Below, piece after piece: positions 1 through 9,307 of a stretch of 64,000 nucleotides of DNA. The notes under the pieces were generated by a model. That model was not told the DNA's origin, made no database searches, and was given only the letters and a program-made list of their open reading frames with translations. How positions within the stretch are numbered: position 1 is the stretch's first letter; each line of letters begins with the position of its first letter. The translations under genes and the position numbers were made by a program. The DNA is from Bdellovibrionales bacterium (lineage in GTDB: Bacteria; Bdellovibrionota; Bdellovibrionia; Bdellovibrionales; UBA1609). The stretch is taken from the NCBI GenBank assembly GCA_023301025.1, contig JALZUR010000005.1, forward strand, positions 10,771 to 74,770, given 5' to 3'.

Positions 1-2
1 GT

Positions 3-95
3 ATAAACTCTGATACAGGTCATGATCTGCCTGTAGATGACACACCTTGGACAACTAAAAAAATAAAGGACTTTGTTGGAGTTAAAAGCAGTTGA
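3..95 (+). CDS. 3' end of a gene entering from the left edge, possibly an alpha/beta hydrolase (partial)
   Basis: Hand translation of the frame starting at 3 gives INSDTGHDLPVDDTPWTTKKIKDFVGVKSS*. GHDLP resembles the catalytic His loop of alpha/beta hydrolases. Not in the ORF track. Confidence 0.4.
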   Translation: MNSDTGHDLPVDDTPWTTKKIKDFVGVKSS

Positions 96-96
96 G

Positions 97-2460
97 TTAA
101 ATATTGAGTAAAGATTTTTTTAAAGTGTTGTCTGGGCCAAAATTAAAGAAAAGATTTACACTGTAGCCAAGACCTCTATCAGCACTATTGTTGATTTCAA
201 ATAAATCAAGTTTCAACCCCCAGCAGTTGCCTCTTGGAGTAAATAAAAAGTGAGTCTCCCAACCTAAGTGTTCACGATTTAATAAAGAATAACCAATGCG
301 TCCTGAAAATTTAAAAACTGGAAATTCCCAGCTTAATGAAAAGTATAAATCCTGAGTTCTATTGTCTGTGAGTCTTCCTTCTTCATCCACAGTGAAAAAG
401 TCAGTGTAACCTACAGAGAAAAACTTCCCAGGCCTAATTTTAAACCTATTTCTTGTTGAAATATTTGTTTGGCCTGCACGGTAAAAGTATGAGGCTTGCG
501 TTAGATTTGTGTAGTATTTTGTTTTTAATTTAAAGGTTCCATCTAGATTTGACCAAGGATCTGGGGTGTCCGAAAGCCTGGCGTTTCTGAAATCATAGGA
601 CTGTTTTAATTTAAAGTAAAAAGGTTGGTCGTAATAAGTCACATCATCTTGTTCTTTTTTTTGAATGATGAGGTTTGTTAAATGAAGTTCTGCAACTTCA
701 GCTCTAAAGAATCTATCGTGGTAATCAAATTGAATACCATGTCTGAAATTAAAAAAATCAGTATCCGTCACAGGTTGAAATTGTCTATGATAGGGAAGTG
801 ATCCTTGAGAATCAAAAAACACATTGTCACTTCTATTAATATTAGTTCCAAGCTTTGTTATAAGTTTTGGAATAAACTTATGTTTATATTTGTCATTATA
901 AACAGCTGAAAATTCTGCTTCAAAAGTATTTGAAAATTGAAGGTATCTTGAAAACGCAAAGTTTGAAAAGTCTTGACCATTTTCGAGTTTTGAATCTGCA
1001 ATGTTGAATTTATAATAAGCGTCTCTGTAACTCACTTCTGGTGTGACTTTTAATAGCTGTTTGATCTTAAAAGGTGCAGAAATCAGAGCATTTAATCTTA
1101 GCCTGTGGCCAGATCTGAGTAAGTCAGTATTGGGGTCAAACCTGCCGTCTCCACCTTTGATCAATGAAAGCTTTGGTGCAAGAGAGCTATTAGTATCTTC
1201 AATAATGTCATCAAAAGATCTGCCATTTCTAAAAAAATTTGTATATTGAAGATCTGTTTGTGCCAAAAGACGATCTTTCCATAATGGTGTTTTTGAGATG
1301 GAGTAGCGAATGTCAGGAAGTTTTTGAATAGAAGAGTTGTCTGTTTCAAAAGGATCTTCAACCAGAAGGTTTGTGTGATGCACGATTTCTGCTGAAACAA
1401 ATTTATTTTTTTTAAATTTACTTATAGAAAATGAGTTCCTTAATGAGGGCTCTGCTTGTCCATTTGTTTCATTAATAAAATCATTTAAGTACTCTCGCTC
1501 TCTTAAAAGTGTGACTTCAGATTTTTGTACAAAGTCATTTGGAAGTTCAAAGTAATTTTTAAAATTAAAAAACCACCGTGAGGTAGAGAGTTTATCAGAG
1601 TTTATATTTAAGTAAGTTAGATCTTTCATTAATGCTGTTTTTACATTCATCCAACTTTTTGATGATAGCCATTGCCTGTACTCTAAGTGAAGCTTTGCTC
1701 CGTTAAAATCAATTATGTTCTCATCAAGTTCACTTCCTAAATAAACCATAGGACTTAAAGTTAAGTCACTATGTGGGTTTATAGCCCAGAAGTAGGGCTG
1801 CTGAATCTCTGTCCCTGTAGTACCTGTTGATCTTCCGATAGAGAAGGGTATTAAGCCAGTTTTTCTTCTTGTGTTTATGGGAAACTTTATATGAGGTATG
1901 GGTAAAACACTTTGATTTAATAACTGAAAAACCCCGCCTTTGATTTCAATATACTTTTGAATATTTGTTTTTATTTTTTTACCTTTGATTTTCCAAGCCG
2001 GAGGGCAAGTTATACATGTAGTAAACTGTGCGTTGTGAGCTAGAAAAGTTGTGTCATCAAGTTTATCTAAACTCTCAGCTTCAAGTAAAAGCTGACCCGA
2101 AGTAACTCTGACATTCTTGATATCACCTTTTTGTGTTTTGTAATTTAGATTCGCCTCTTCTGCTTGAATAAATATATCTTGGTTTTCAATTTGAACATTT
2201 CCCTTTAAATAGGCTGTGTTTTTTTTCTTAAACACAGTGGCCTCTTTTGCAGTGACTTCATAGTTGTTAAAAACAATTCTAACATTACCTTTAAGTTCCG
2301 CAGACTCCTCAATTAGATTTGCATTTATAAAATCTGCGCTGTAGTAGATGAGCTGATTTAAATCCTCTTTGTAGGGAAGTAGCTTTTTTTCAAGTGAAAA
2401 GGACTCTAAGCTGTAGAGTATTGAAAGTATATAAAAGAGTTTTAGGCTTATCTTTTGCAT
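97..2460 (-). CDS. lptD: LPS-assembly outer membrane protein LptD
   Basis: Signal peptide, OstA-like N-terminus (LKGNVRI, LKGNVQI), FTTCITCPPAW motif, GAKLHLEYRQ, beta-barrel-like C-terminus; 787 aa. Confidence 0.9.
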   Translation of the reverse strand: MQKISLKLFYILSILYSLESFSLEKKLLPYKEDLNQLIYYSADFINANLIEESAELKGNVRIVFNNYEVTAKEATVFKKKNTAYLKGNVQIENQDIFIQAEEANLNYKTQKGDIKNVRVTSGQLLLEAESLDKLDDTTFLAHNAQFTTCITCPPAWKIKGKKIKTNIQKYIEIKGGVFQLLNQSVLPIPHIKFPINTRRKTGLIPFSIGRSTGTTGTEIQQPYFWAINPHSDLTLSPMVYLGSELDENIIDFNGAKLHLEYRQWLSSKSWMNVKTALMKDLTYLNINSDKLSTSRWFFNFKNYFELPNDFVQKSEVTLLREREYLNDFINETNGQAEPSLRNSFSISKFKKNKFVSAEIVHHTNLLVEDPFETDNSSIQKLPDIRYSISKTPLWKDRLLAQTDLQYTNFFRNGRSFDDIIEDTNSSLAPKLSLIKGGDGRFDPNTDLLRSGHRLRLNALISAPFKIKQLLKVTPEVSYRDAYYKFNIADSKLENGQDFSNFAFSRYLQFSNTFEAEFSAVYNDKYKHKFIPKLITKLGTNINRSDNVFFDSQGSLPYHRQFQPVTDTDFFNFRHGIQFDYHDRFFRAEVAELHLTNLIIQKKEQDDVTYYDQPFYFKLKQSYDFRNARLSDTPDPWSNLDGTFKLKTKYYTNLTQASYFYRAGQTNISTRNRFKIRPGKFFSVGYTDFFTVDEEGRLTDNRTQDLYFSLSWEFPVFKFSGRIGYSLLNREHLGWETHFLFTPRGNCWGLKLDLFEINNSADRGLGYSVNLFFNFGPDNTLKKSLLNI

Positions 2461-2619
2461 GTTTTAAGTACAAAAGACTACCTGTCTTTAGTCTAAGTAT
2501 CAATTTTAAACCGAGCTATAAGTCTTAAAAAAGACCCGATTCTAGAGCTTTAACATTGTGCCTCTAAACGTGCATTTGATACTCTCTATAGAGGATTTGT
2601 ACTTAAGGGGAGAAGACTT

Positions 2620-3024
2620 ATGATTGCAAAAATAAGCTGGTATGGAGAAGTTATGATTGTCGCTCTTGAGGGGAATCTAAGTTTTGAAACAGTTTCTGAG
2701 TTTCAAAAAAAAGCAGCTAGGCACTTTTCACAAAACAAAGTGATTTTCTCCTTAAAAAATCTAGATTTTGTCGGCTCTACAGGAGTAAAAGATTTTGTAA
2801 ACTTTATGATGGAGCTTTCTAACAAAAATCCTTTTGGTCTAGGTGTGGCTGAGGCAAAAAGTGAATTTGAGATACTTTTAGCACCTCATACAGGGCACTC
2901 TCTTGTGCTTTTTAAAACGCTTGATATGGCTAAAAGGTTCTTTAGTCTAGGTCACCTTGAGTTTGAAGAGTCATTAGATGAGATTACGCCTACAAACCCA
3001 AATAATATCAAAATAATCAAATAG
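2620..3024 (+). CDS. STAS-domain protein (anti-sigma factor antagonist-like)
   Basis: VALEGNLSFETV and FSLKNLDFVGSTG match the STAS signature (L..l.fiDSsG); SD-like GGGGAG upstream. Confidence 0.7.
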   Translation: MIAKISWYGEVMIVALEGNLSFETVSEFQKKAARHFSQNKVIFSLKNLDFVGSTGVKDFVNFMMELSNKNPFGLGVAEAKSEFEILLAPHTGHSLVLFKTLDMAKRFFSLGHLEFEESLDEITPTNPNNIKIIK

Positions 3025-3090
3025 TCTTTTTTAGTCATATACAATTTTAATGCTCTTAAGTTGAGTTTTTAAGGCACCGAAAAATAGACT

Positions 3091-5025
3091 ATGAACACTT
3101 TAAATATCGTCTTAATTTTCTTATTTTCTGTAAATGTAAATGCGACTGAATTGGGAGATGGATCCAATTCACAATCTGAAACAAATGTGTCTTCGGACCT
3201 TTCAAATCTTCCTGTTAGAAAAGATATTAATAAATGTTCAGCTAAAGCTTTAGAGCAGAGGCAAAAAAAGCAAGATTTATGTTTCACTCGTTTTAAAGAG
3301 ATTGGTGTAGAGCAGGCTATTGAGCCTCACGAAATTATACAAGCACGGTCATGTGAAAAGATTGAAAAGACATCCGAATATTTAAGTGGTTGTGGAGACT
3401 TTATAAAAGCTATACCTGGTGAAACTTTAGAAGGAATACAGGCTATTTTTGGAATTGGAAAATTTGATGATGAGATAAAAAACAGTTGTGGTGAGAGGCC
3501 TAGATACCCTGCAGCTACACTTGGAAGAAGAAGAACAAGAGGCGGGTTAACAGCTAAGCAAAGAGCAGCTGTTTCTGAGTATCGAAGAAAGGACAACAGC
3601 TTTACAAGATGTAAGAATAAAATTATTAAAGAACAAACAGCTATTGAAGTTGCTAATGCAGATAAGATAAAAAGTTTTAAAAAAACATGTCAGTCACAAG
3701 TTAAAGGACGAGCTCAAAAAAGAAGATTAGCTAGAACAGGACTTCCACATATTATTGGACCTTGTATGATTAAGCTTGCTGAGTCATCTGGTTGTGATGC
3801 ATGTGTAAAAGAGCTTTCAAAAATTCCTTTTGGAACAGCTTTAATAGAAAGCACTCTAGAGTCGCTAAGAAAGTATAAAGGGTTTTCTTGTTACAATAAA
3901 AAAACTCAAGGTGAGATGGCTTGTGCTGCAATCGCAACAGCTGTAGGTATTCCTTTTGCAGGAGCTGGTGCTACTAAACTTGCAAGTTTAGCAAGTAAAA
4001 TTCCTAAAGCTTTTGATAAGGCTACAGATGTAGCTAGTGCACAAAAAAAAGCTACAGAAGGGCTTTCAAAAACAACAGAAAGCGTTTTAGGTAATAGTAT
4101 AGTTCAACAAAATATAAAACTTTCTGATCTTCCGGCTGTAAAAAATGGTAAAGTAACAGTTTATGAGCTTAAAGTTAATGGTGTTTTAGAAGATGTTGAA
4201 AGACTTGTAAGGGCTACTGATGAACTAAAAAAGATAGGAAAAGACACTCTTACTCCCGAACAAAGCAGTGCAGTCCTTAAAGCACATAATGTTGGGTCTA
4301 AAAGAGGTGCTGGTTTCGGTCAGTATACAAAAGCTGAAAGAACTGAGAAAAGAAACATTTTACGAAATGTTGGTTTTTCAAAAGATGAAGTTGATCTGCT
4401 TATGGACAAAGGTTATGCAGGCTTTTTAAGTACAGGAAATATAAGAAAACCTACTAAAGGCAGTAGAGGCTTTGTTAGACCGCAAGGTTATAAAAGTCAG
4501 TACACAGATTATGACATTGACGACAATTTGATTAGACTTAAAGGTTATGAAAAAACTTTAAAGAATGATCCAAAAACTCCAAACAATGCTCGATTGCTTG
4601 GTGAATCTATTGCAGTAGATAATTTAATGAAGAGCGGTAATGAGATCACCCCAGAAGTACAAAGTTTATTTAAAAGAGAACTTGATAATAATCTTGAACT
4701 TCTTGATAAGCCTATTAGTGAAACAAAGCTTCCGTACTCAGTGGATTCTAAAAATATCGTAGATGCGTATGTTGATTATGCTGCAACTTTACCAAATGGA
4801 GCTCAAAGACAGCAGCAAATTTCTAAAGCTTTAGAATATAAGCTAAAAGCAAGTAAAAGGTTGGATGCCACTGATTATGCTGAATATTTTAAGAGTCTTC
4901 GCTCATATCATGATAGTGCGAAGAGCACTTTCTCAAAAGAAAGGATAAAAGCCGAGCTTGAACTTATGCATGAAGTGGCTAAGTCTAATGGATGGGGTAT
5001 GAATTATTTTGGTCTACCAAGATAA
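3091..5025 (+). CDS. Secreted Cys-rich hypothetical protein with a central hydrophobic Ala/Gly segment
   Basis: 644-aa ORF, signal peptide (LIFLFSVNVNA), many Cys in the N-terminal half, ACAAIATAVGIPFAGAGA hydrophobic stretch. Confidence 0.8.
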   Translation: MNTLNIVLIFLFSVNVNATELGDGSNSQSETNVSSDLSNLPVRKDINKCSAKALEQRQKKQDLCFTRFKEIGVEQAIEPHEIIQARSCEKIEKTSEYLSGCGDFIKAIPGETLEGIQAIFGIGKFDDEIKNSCGERPRYPAATLGRRRTRGGLTAKQRAAVSEYRRKDNSFTRCKNKIIKEQTAIEVANADKIKSFKKTCQSQVKGRAQKRRLARTGLPHIIGPCMIKLAESSGCDACVKELSKIPFGTALIESTLESLRKYKGFSCYNKKTQGEMACAAIATAVGIPFAGAGATKLASLASKIPKAFDKATDVASAQKKATEGLSKTTESVLGNSIVQQNIKLSDLPAVKNGKVTVYELKVNGVLEDVERLVRATDELKKIGKDTLTPEQSSAVLKAHNVGSKRGAGFGQYTKAERTEKRNILRNVGFSKDEVDLLMDKGYAGFLSTGNIRKPTKGSRGFVRPQGYKSQYTDYDIDDNLIRLKGYEKTLKNDPKTPNNARLLGESIAVDNLMKSGNEITPEVQSLFKRELDNNLELLDKPISETKLPYSVDSKNIVDAYVDYAATLPNGAQRQQQISKALEYKLKASKRLDATDYAEYFKSLRSYHDSAKSTFSKERIKAELELMHEVAKSNGWGMNYFGLPR

Positions 5026-5083
5026 AACTTGATAAGAAGTAAATTTATACTGAAAATAGTAAGTATAGACCCATTATTAAAAG

Positions 5084-6304
5084 TTATAAATTATAATCAA
5101 AATCTGTAAAAGGCTCCACAGCTTTTTTGAAAGCTCTTTCTAAAGCATGTGTTGCTTTTTTGTCGCGGTCATTTTGCTTTTCAGTAATATTTGTAAGTTG
5201 CGTGAATAAAAACTTAAGACGTTGTTTAGTCTCTTCGTGCATTGTGGAAGTGTTTTTAAGTTTATTTTCCATCTCAGTAATTTGTGAGCTTAAACTGTCA
5301 TTGAGTTTTTCAATACCATCAGTCTTCTTTGTTTTTTCTTCCCAAAGGGCTCGAAGATTTAGTGCTTCTTCTTGAGCTGTGAGGTTTGCACTTTTAAAGT
5401 TTCTGAATTCAGCTTGAGTTTTTGACCACTGTTTTTTTATGTCGTGATTTTCCATTTTAATACGACTGCTTTCATTTTTTATGTGAGTGAGTTGAATTAA
5501 AATATCTTCTTTTTCTTCTTGCGCGTTTTTAAAAGAGAACTCTTTCTCTTTTTTTAAGTCTTCAATTCTATTTAAAAGTTCAGTTCTTTCGATTTGCTCT
5601 TTTCTAAGAATACGGTTTCTGTCAGACAAGACAATGTTTTCATTTTTAATATCTTCAAGCTTAAGTTCTAACTCTTTTTTTTGAGTTGCATGAGTGTCTT
5701 TTAGAGTTGTGATCTGTAGTTTAAAATCTTTTGCAAGAGCTTGAATATGTCTAGTTGCCTCTCCAAGTTTTGAAAGGACACTTCTCTTATCATTATTTTC
5801 TTGTTCTACTTTTTTCTTTTCTTCTAAGAGTTTTTGTGAAAGCAAGTCTCTTTCTGGAAGGTACTCTTCAGTAACTCTTTTTTTAATCTTTTTATATTCA
5901 ATACTCATTGCTTGAAGAGGCATAAGCTGGTCGCTTAGTTTCTGTATCTCTTCTTTGCTCTCTTTTCTTTCATAATCTAGATGAGCTCTTAAGCGAGTAA
6001 ATTTCTCGTTGTATGTTTTTATTTGTGTGATGGAGTGACGATCTTTTTCTCTGTAAATGGCAATTTGATCTTTTGCAGACTGAAATCTCTCTTCATAGTG
6101 AGAGTGAGCTTTTTTAAACCTGGCTATGGTTTTTTCTAAATCAATATTTTTTTTAAGGGATACGTGAAGTCTGGCTGAAAGATCTTGGTTGTGGTTTACG
6201 ACACTTTGAACACTTGAAGCACCGTTATGCTCTGAGAACTCTCTGCTTTCAGAATTGTAAGTGTTAGCGGTTGAATCTACTGATCTATTTTTATTTTTTT
6301 CCAC
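5084..6304 (-). CDS. Long coiled-coil hypothetical protein
   Basis: 406 aa, E/K/Q/L-rich heptad pattern; SD GGAG upstream. Confidence 0.75.
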   Translation of the reverse strand: MEKNKNRSVDSTANTYNSESREFSEHNGASSVQSVVNHNQDLSARLHVSLKKNIDLEKTIARFKKAHSHYEERFQSAKDQIAIYREKDRHSITQIKTYNEKFTRLRAHLDYERKESKEEIQKLSDQLMPLQAMSIEYKKIKKRVTEEYLPERDLLSQKLLEEKKKVEQENNDKRSVLSKLGEATRHIQALAKDFKLQITTLKDTHATQKKELELKLEDIKNENIVLSDRNRILRKEQIERTELLNRIEDLKKEKEFSFKNAQEEKEDILIQLTHIKNESSRIKMENHDIKKQWSKTQAEFRNFKSANLTAQEEALNLRALWEEKTKKTDGIEKLNDSLSSQITEMENKLKNTSTMHEETKQRLKFLFTQLTNITEKQNDRDKKATHALERAFKKAVEPFTDFDYNL

Positions 6305-6409
6305 ACCCTAAGTCTCCTATTACTAAGTCTGGGGGATAATGAGGCTTTGTGTCAAACCTTACTTAAGTGCTTTGAAAAACTTTATCTTTAAGCAGGTTTT
6401 ATGAGGTCA

Positions 6410-7603
6410 TTAAAGGCTTTCAACAGCTCTTTTGAGCAACATAAAGTTAGCTCCAGCAGGAAGCTTCTTATTGTTAAGATATATACTAGGAGTCCCTTGA
6501 ACTTTGGCTTTTTTGGCTAAAATAGAGGAGTCTAATAAAGTTTTTTCAGCTTCATCTGAAGAAACGCAGCTTTCAAGCTCTCCTGAATCTATTTTTAAAA
6601 ATTTTGCCATTCTTGAGACTAAGCCTGAGTTGTTGCCGCTTCGTGCTGTATTAATGTATGAGCCCTGATTTTCAAAAATTTCATCATGCATTTGCGCTGC
6701 AGAGTCTTTAAGTTTACCTGCACAGTAAACACCTTTTGCAAGTGTGCAGGTGAAGCCAGGTCCACTGTACTTCTTGTCCATTGAGGCATTGCAAGAAGCA
6801 TCTAGTGGGTAAACGTAGAAGGCAAATTCTACATCTTTAAAGTAGCTAAAAAAAGAGTTTAGGGTTTTGTGAGCGGCGGCACAGTGGGAGCACATAAAAT
6901 CTGCAAACTCCACAAGTTTATACTTTGCACCTTCATTAACTGTAAAGAGAGGTTTTGTTTTGTTGTAATCTTCAGTGTTTAAAAGAACTTCCCCTACCTT
7001 CCAATTGTTAAGAGCGTTTTCATAGGTTAATTCAAGCTTTTTTGGGCTGTACTCGTTTTTGATTAACTTATGAGAAAAAAGTGACAAGAGTGGTATGCTT
7101 ATTAAAAGACCTAAAAATGTTTTATCAAGAGCCAAGGCCTTAAGTGATAAGAGTGGAGTTTTGTAAAAAATAAATGTCAGGCCAAATATCAAAAGTGATA
7201 GTATGTAGAGGCTTGAACAGAAAATGCATATCTTTTTAACTATAAAAAATGAAACAAAAGCAAGTGATAAACTGGCTATCAGACTTAAAATCGAGCTTGT
7301 AAAAAAGAAGCCGTACCATCTATTTTTTCTAATATCTTCAACACTTGAGTTAAATGAAAAACCTAAAAGCCCAATAAGCATTATAAGGTTTAAGAACACA
7401 CCTAAAAGTGCATTAGGTATGCCTAAAGTTTTAGAGTATTTACTTAAGGCTACAGAATCGCAATTAAAAAGCTCATTGATGTTGCAGATAGATTCACCTA
7501 AACCAGCCCCGTAGTTCACAGAATAAAACTGTTTAGTTAAATAGGCTTGAATGCAAACTGAAATTATTAAAAATAAAGCTAATAAGTATATTTTTTTTGT
7601 CAT
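6410..7603 (-). CDS. VKOR-family membrane oxidoreductase fused to a DsbA/thioredoxin domain
   Basis: ICNINELFNC loop cysteines, TM helices, KICIFC CxxC; C-terminal EFADFMCSHC and VQGTPSIYLN (cis-Pro loop). Confidence 0.85.
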   Translation of the reverse strand: MTKKIYLLALFLIISVCIQAYLTKQFYSVNYGAGLGESICNINELFNCDSVALSKYSKTLGIPNALLGVFLNLIMLIGLLGFSFNSSVEDIRKNRWYGFFFTSSILSLIASLSLAFVSFFIVKKICIFCSSLYILSLLIFGLTFIFYKTPLLSLKALALDKTFLGLLISIPLLSLFSHKLIKNEYSPKKLELTYENALNNWKVGEVLLNTEDYNKTKPLFTVNEGAKYKLVEFADFMCSHCAAAHKTLNSFFSYFKDVEFAFYVYPLDASCNASMDKKYSGPGFTCTLAKGVYCAGKLKDSAAQMHDEIFENQGSYINTARSGNNSGLVSRMAKFLKIDSGELESCVSSDEAEKTLLDSSILAKKAKVQGTPSIYLNNKKLPAGANFMLLKRAVESL

Positions 7604-7674
7604 GCTTGTATGATAATTTTAAGTACGGGAATGATCAACCAAATGCTTTTAATTATGATCATTAAGTATAAATT

Positions 7675-9285
7675 ATGACAAAAAAGTGGTTAGAAACAAG
7701 GCGTTCATATCTTAAAAAATTAAAATCCCAAGTGGAACTTATGTCAGGTGCTGAGGATCCTAGTATTTTAAGCTATTCTAAGTCGAACAAAGATCTGTAC
7801 AAAAGAGTCTGGGACTCTTCTTCTGAAGATGATTTTTATAAAAGTTTATTAACATCTTCTATCGTTTTATGTGGAGACTTTCACAGTTCACCTTCGGTAA
7901 AAAGATTTTATATTCGTTTTTTTGAAAAACTTGTTCTAACAAAAAAACATCAAATTGTAGTTGCCTTAGAGTGTTTTAGACACGATCAACAAGAAAATTT
8001 AGATTTATGGCTTGGTGGTAGAATTGTTGAAGAGTCTTTTTTAGAAAGAGTGAACTGGCAGGAGACATGGGGCTTTGATTGGCAGGGCTATAAAGCTTTA
8101 ATTCTTAAGCTTCATCAGCTTGGGGTTAAACTTGTCTGTATCAATCACAGCGATGAAAATTTTAACGAAAGAGATCGTAAAATTGCAAAATCTCTTTTAG
8201 AAGTTAAAAATAGCTACGCACAAAAAAAGACACCAGATGTGACAAGTGAGACGCCTGATACTTTACTTTTTTGTTTGATTGGACAGCACCACTTGGGACC
8301 TGAAAACCTATTTAAAAGTATAAAGTCTTTTGAGTCTAAAGTGGGATTAATTACACTTCACCTTGACCCTGAAGATCTTTACTTTGATGTGGGTCATTTA
8401 ACACATCTTGAAGAGGTGCTTGTTCTGAATCATAAAGAGCATTTTTCATTTTTTAGTAGTCCCCCTTGGGTGCACCTTCAAAATCACTTGATGTTTCTAG
8501 AAGAGTATTTAGATGAATACGAAGAAGAAAGGGGTTTTCACCCTGATCTAACTAGAATCAGAGATTATGATTTGGTTGTTTATGATTACATAAAGTTAAT
8601 GTGTAAAGATTTAAGCATAAGTGTTGAGGATTTAAAGCGAGTTGAAGTGTCTTCAATTGATGAGTATCAAGTTGAAGGAGAGGACTGTCCTGACGATGAT
8701 AAGCTTTTAGAGTGGATGCAGCCTTTGCTAGATTCAGAAACCTCATTCTATTGGCCTGAGCAAAAAGAGGGTATCATGGTAGTGAGCTCCCTTAACCATG
8801 CTGCAAGTGTTGCAGGAAAAAGTATTCATGCTCAAATGATGGGTTTAACGAGTTTACCCTGGGGGGAGCTTGATTCTTTTAAAGTTTGGTCTTGGCTTGA
8901 AGCTATTGGTTATTTTTTGAGTAAATTTATAAACCCCAGAAGGTCTCCTGTTTCTAGCCAAAACCTTGCAGCCTTTTTAAAAGCACGTTTGGGGGCTGAG
9001 TCTTCTAGGAAAATCATGAACTTTTTGGTTCAGGGCAGGGTTGCTGAACTTAAAGGGCATAAGACTCAAAGCTCAGAAGACAGTTTGACGTGGAATGAGT
9101 TAATTTACGCGTCGCGTCTTAAAGGCTCTCTGGTAGGTGAAAGACTTTTTGAGTTATACTTAGAGGGTGATTTTAAGGCAGAGACTTTAAAGAACTATAT
9201 GTCACTGTCTGTAAGAGATAAAGAGTACTTTGAGCCTCTTTATGACTTAGTTTTAGAGCGATTGAACTTAAACTTAAAATCATAA
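7675..9285 (+). CDS. ChaN/Tiki-superfamily-like protein with a long C-terminal extension
   Basis: IVLCGDFH, VALECF, FLERVNWQETWGFDW, LIGQHH resemble the ChaN (haem-uptake-like) fold; no signal peptide seen. Confidence 0.6.
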   Translation: MTKKWLETRRSYLKKLKSQVELMSGAEDPSILSYSKSNKDLYKRVWDSSSEDDFYKSLLTSSIVLCGDFHSSPSVKRFYIRFFEKLVLTKKHQIVVALECFRHDQQENLDLWLGGRIVEESFLERVNWQETWGFDWQGYKALILKLHQLGVKLVCINHSDENFNERDRKIAKSLLEVKNSYAQKKTPDVTSETPDTLLFCLIGQHHLGPENLFKSIKSFESKVGLITLHLDPEDLYFDVGHLTHLEEVLVLNHKEHFSFFSSPPWVHLQNHLMFLEEYLDEYEEERGFHPDLTRIRDYDLVVYDYIKLMCKDLSISVEDLKRVEVSSIDEYQVEGEDCPDDDKLLEWMQPLLDSETSFYWPEQKEGIMVVSSLNHAASVAGKSIHAQMMGLTSLPWGELDSFKVWSWLEAIGYFLSKFINPRRSPVSSQNLAAFLKARLGAESSRKIMNFLVQGRVAELKGHKTQSSEDSLTWNELIYASRLKGSLVGERLFELYLEGDFKAETLKNYMSLSVRDKEYFEPLYDLVLERLNLNLKS

Positions 9286-9307
9286 CGAGTTTGAAGATTT
9301 AAGAAGG

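Noticed and set aside
1043-1400. Short ORFs overlapping lptD (1043-1249 +, 1161-1400 -) and the many similar 60-120 aa shadow ORFs inside long genes
   Set aside because: Fully nested in well-supported CDSs, with no SD or recognisable motif; expected by chance.
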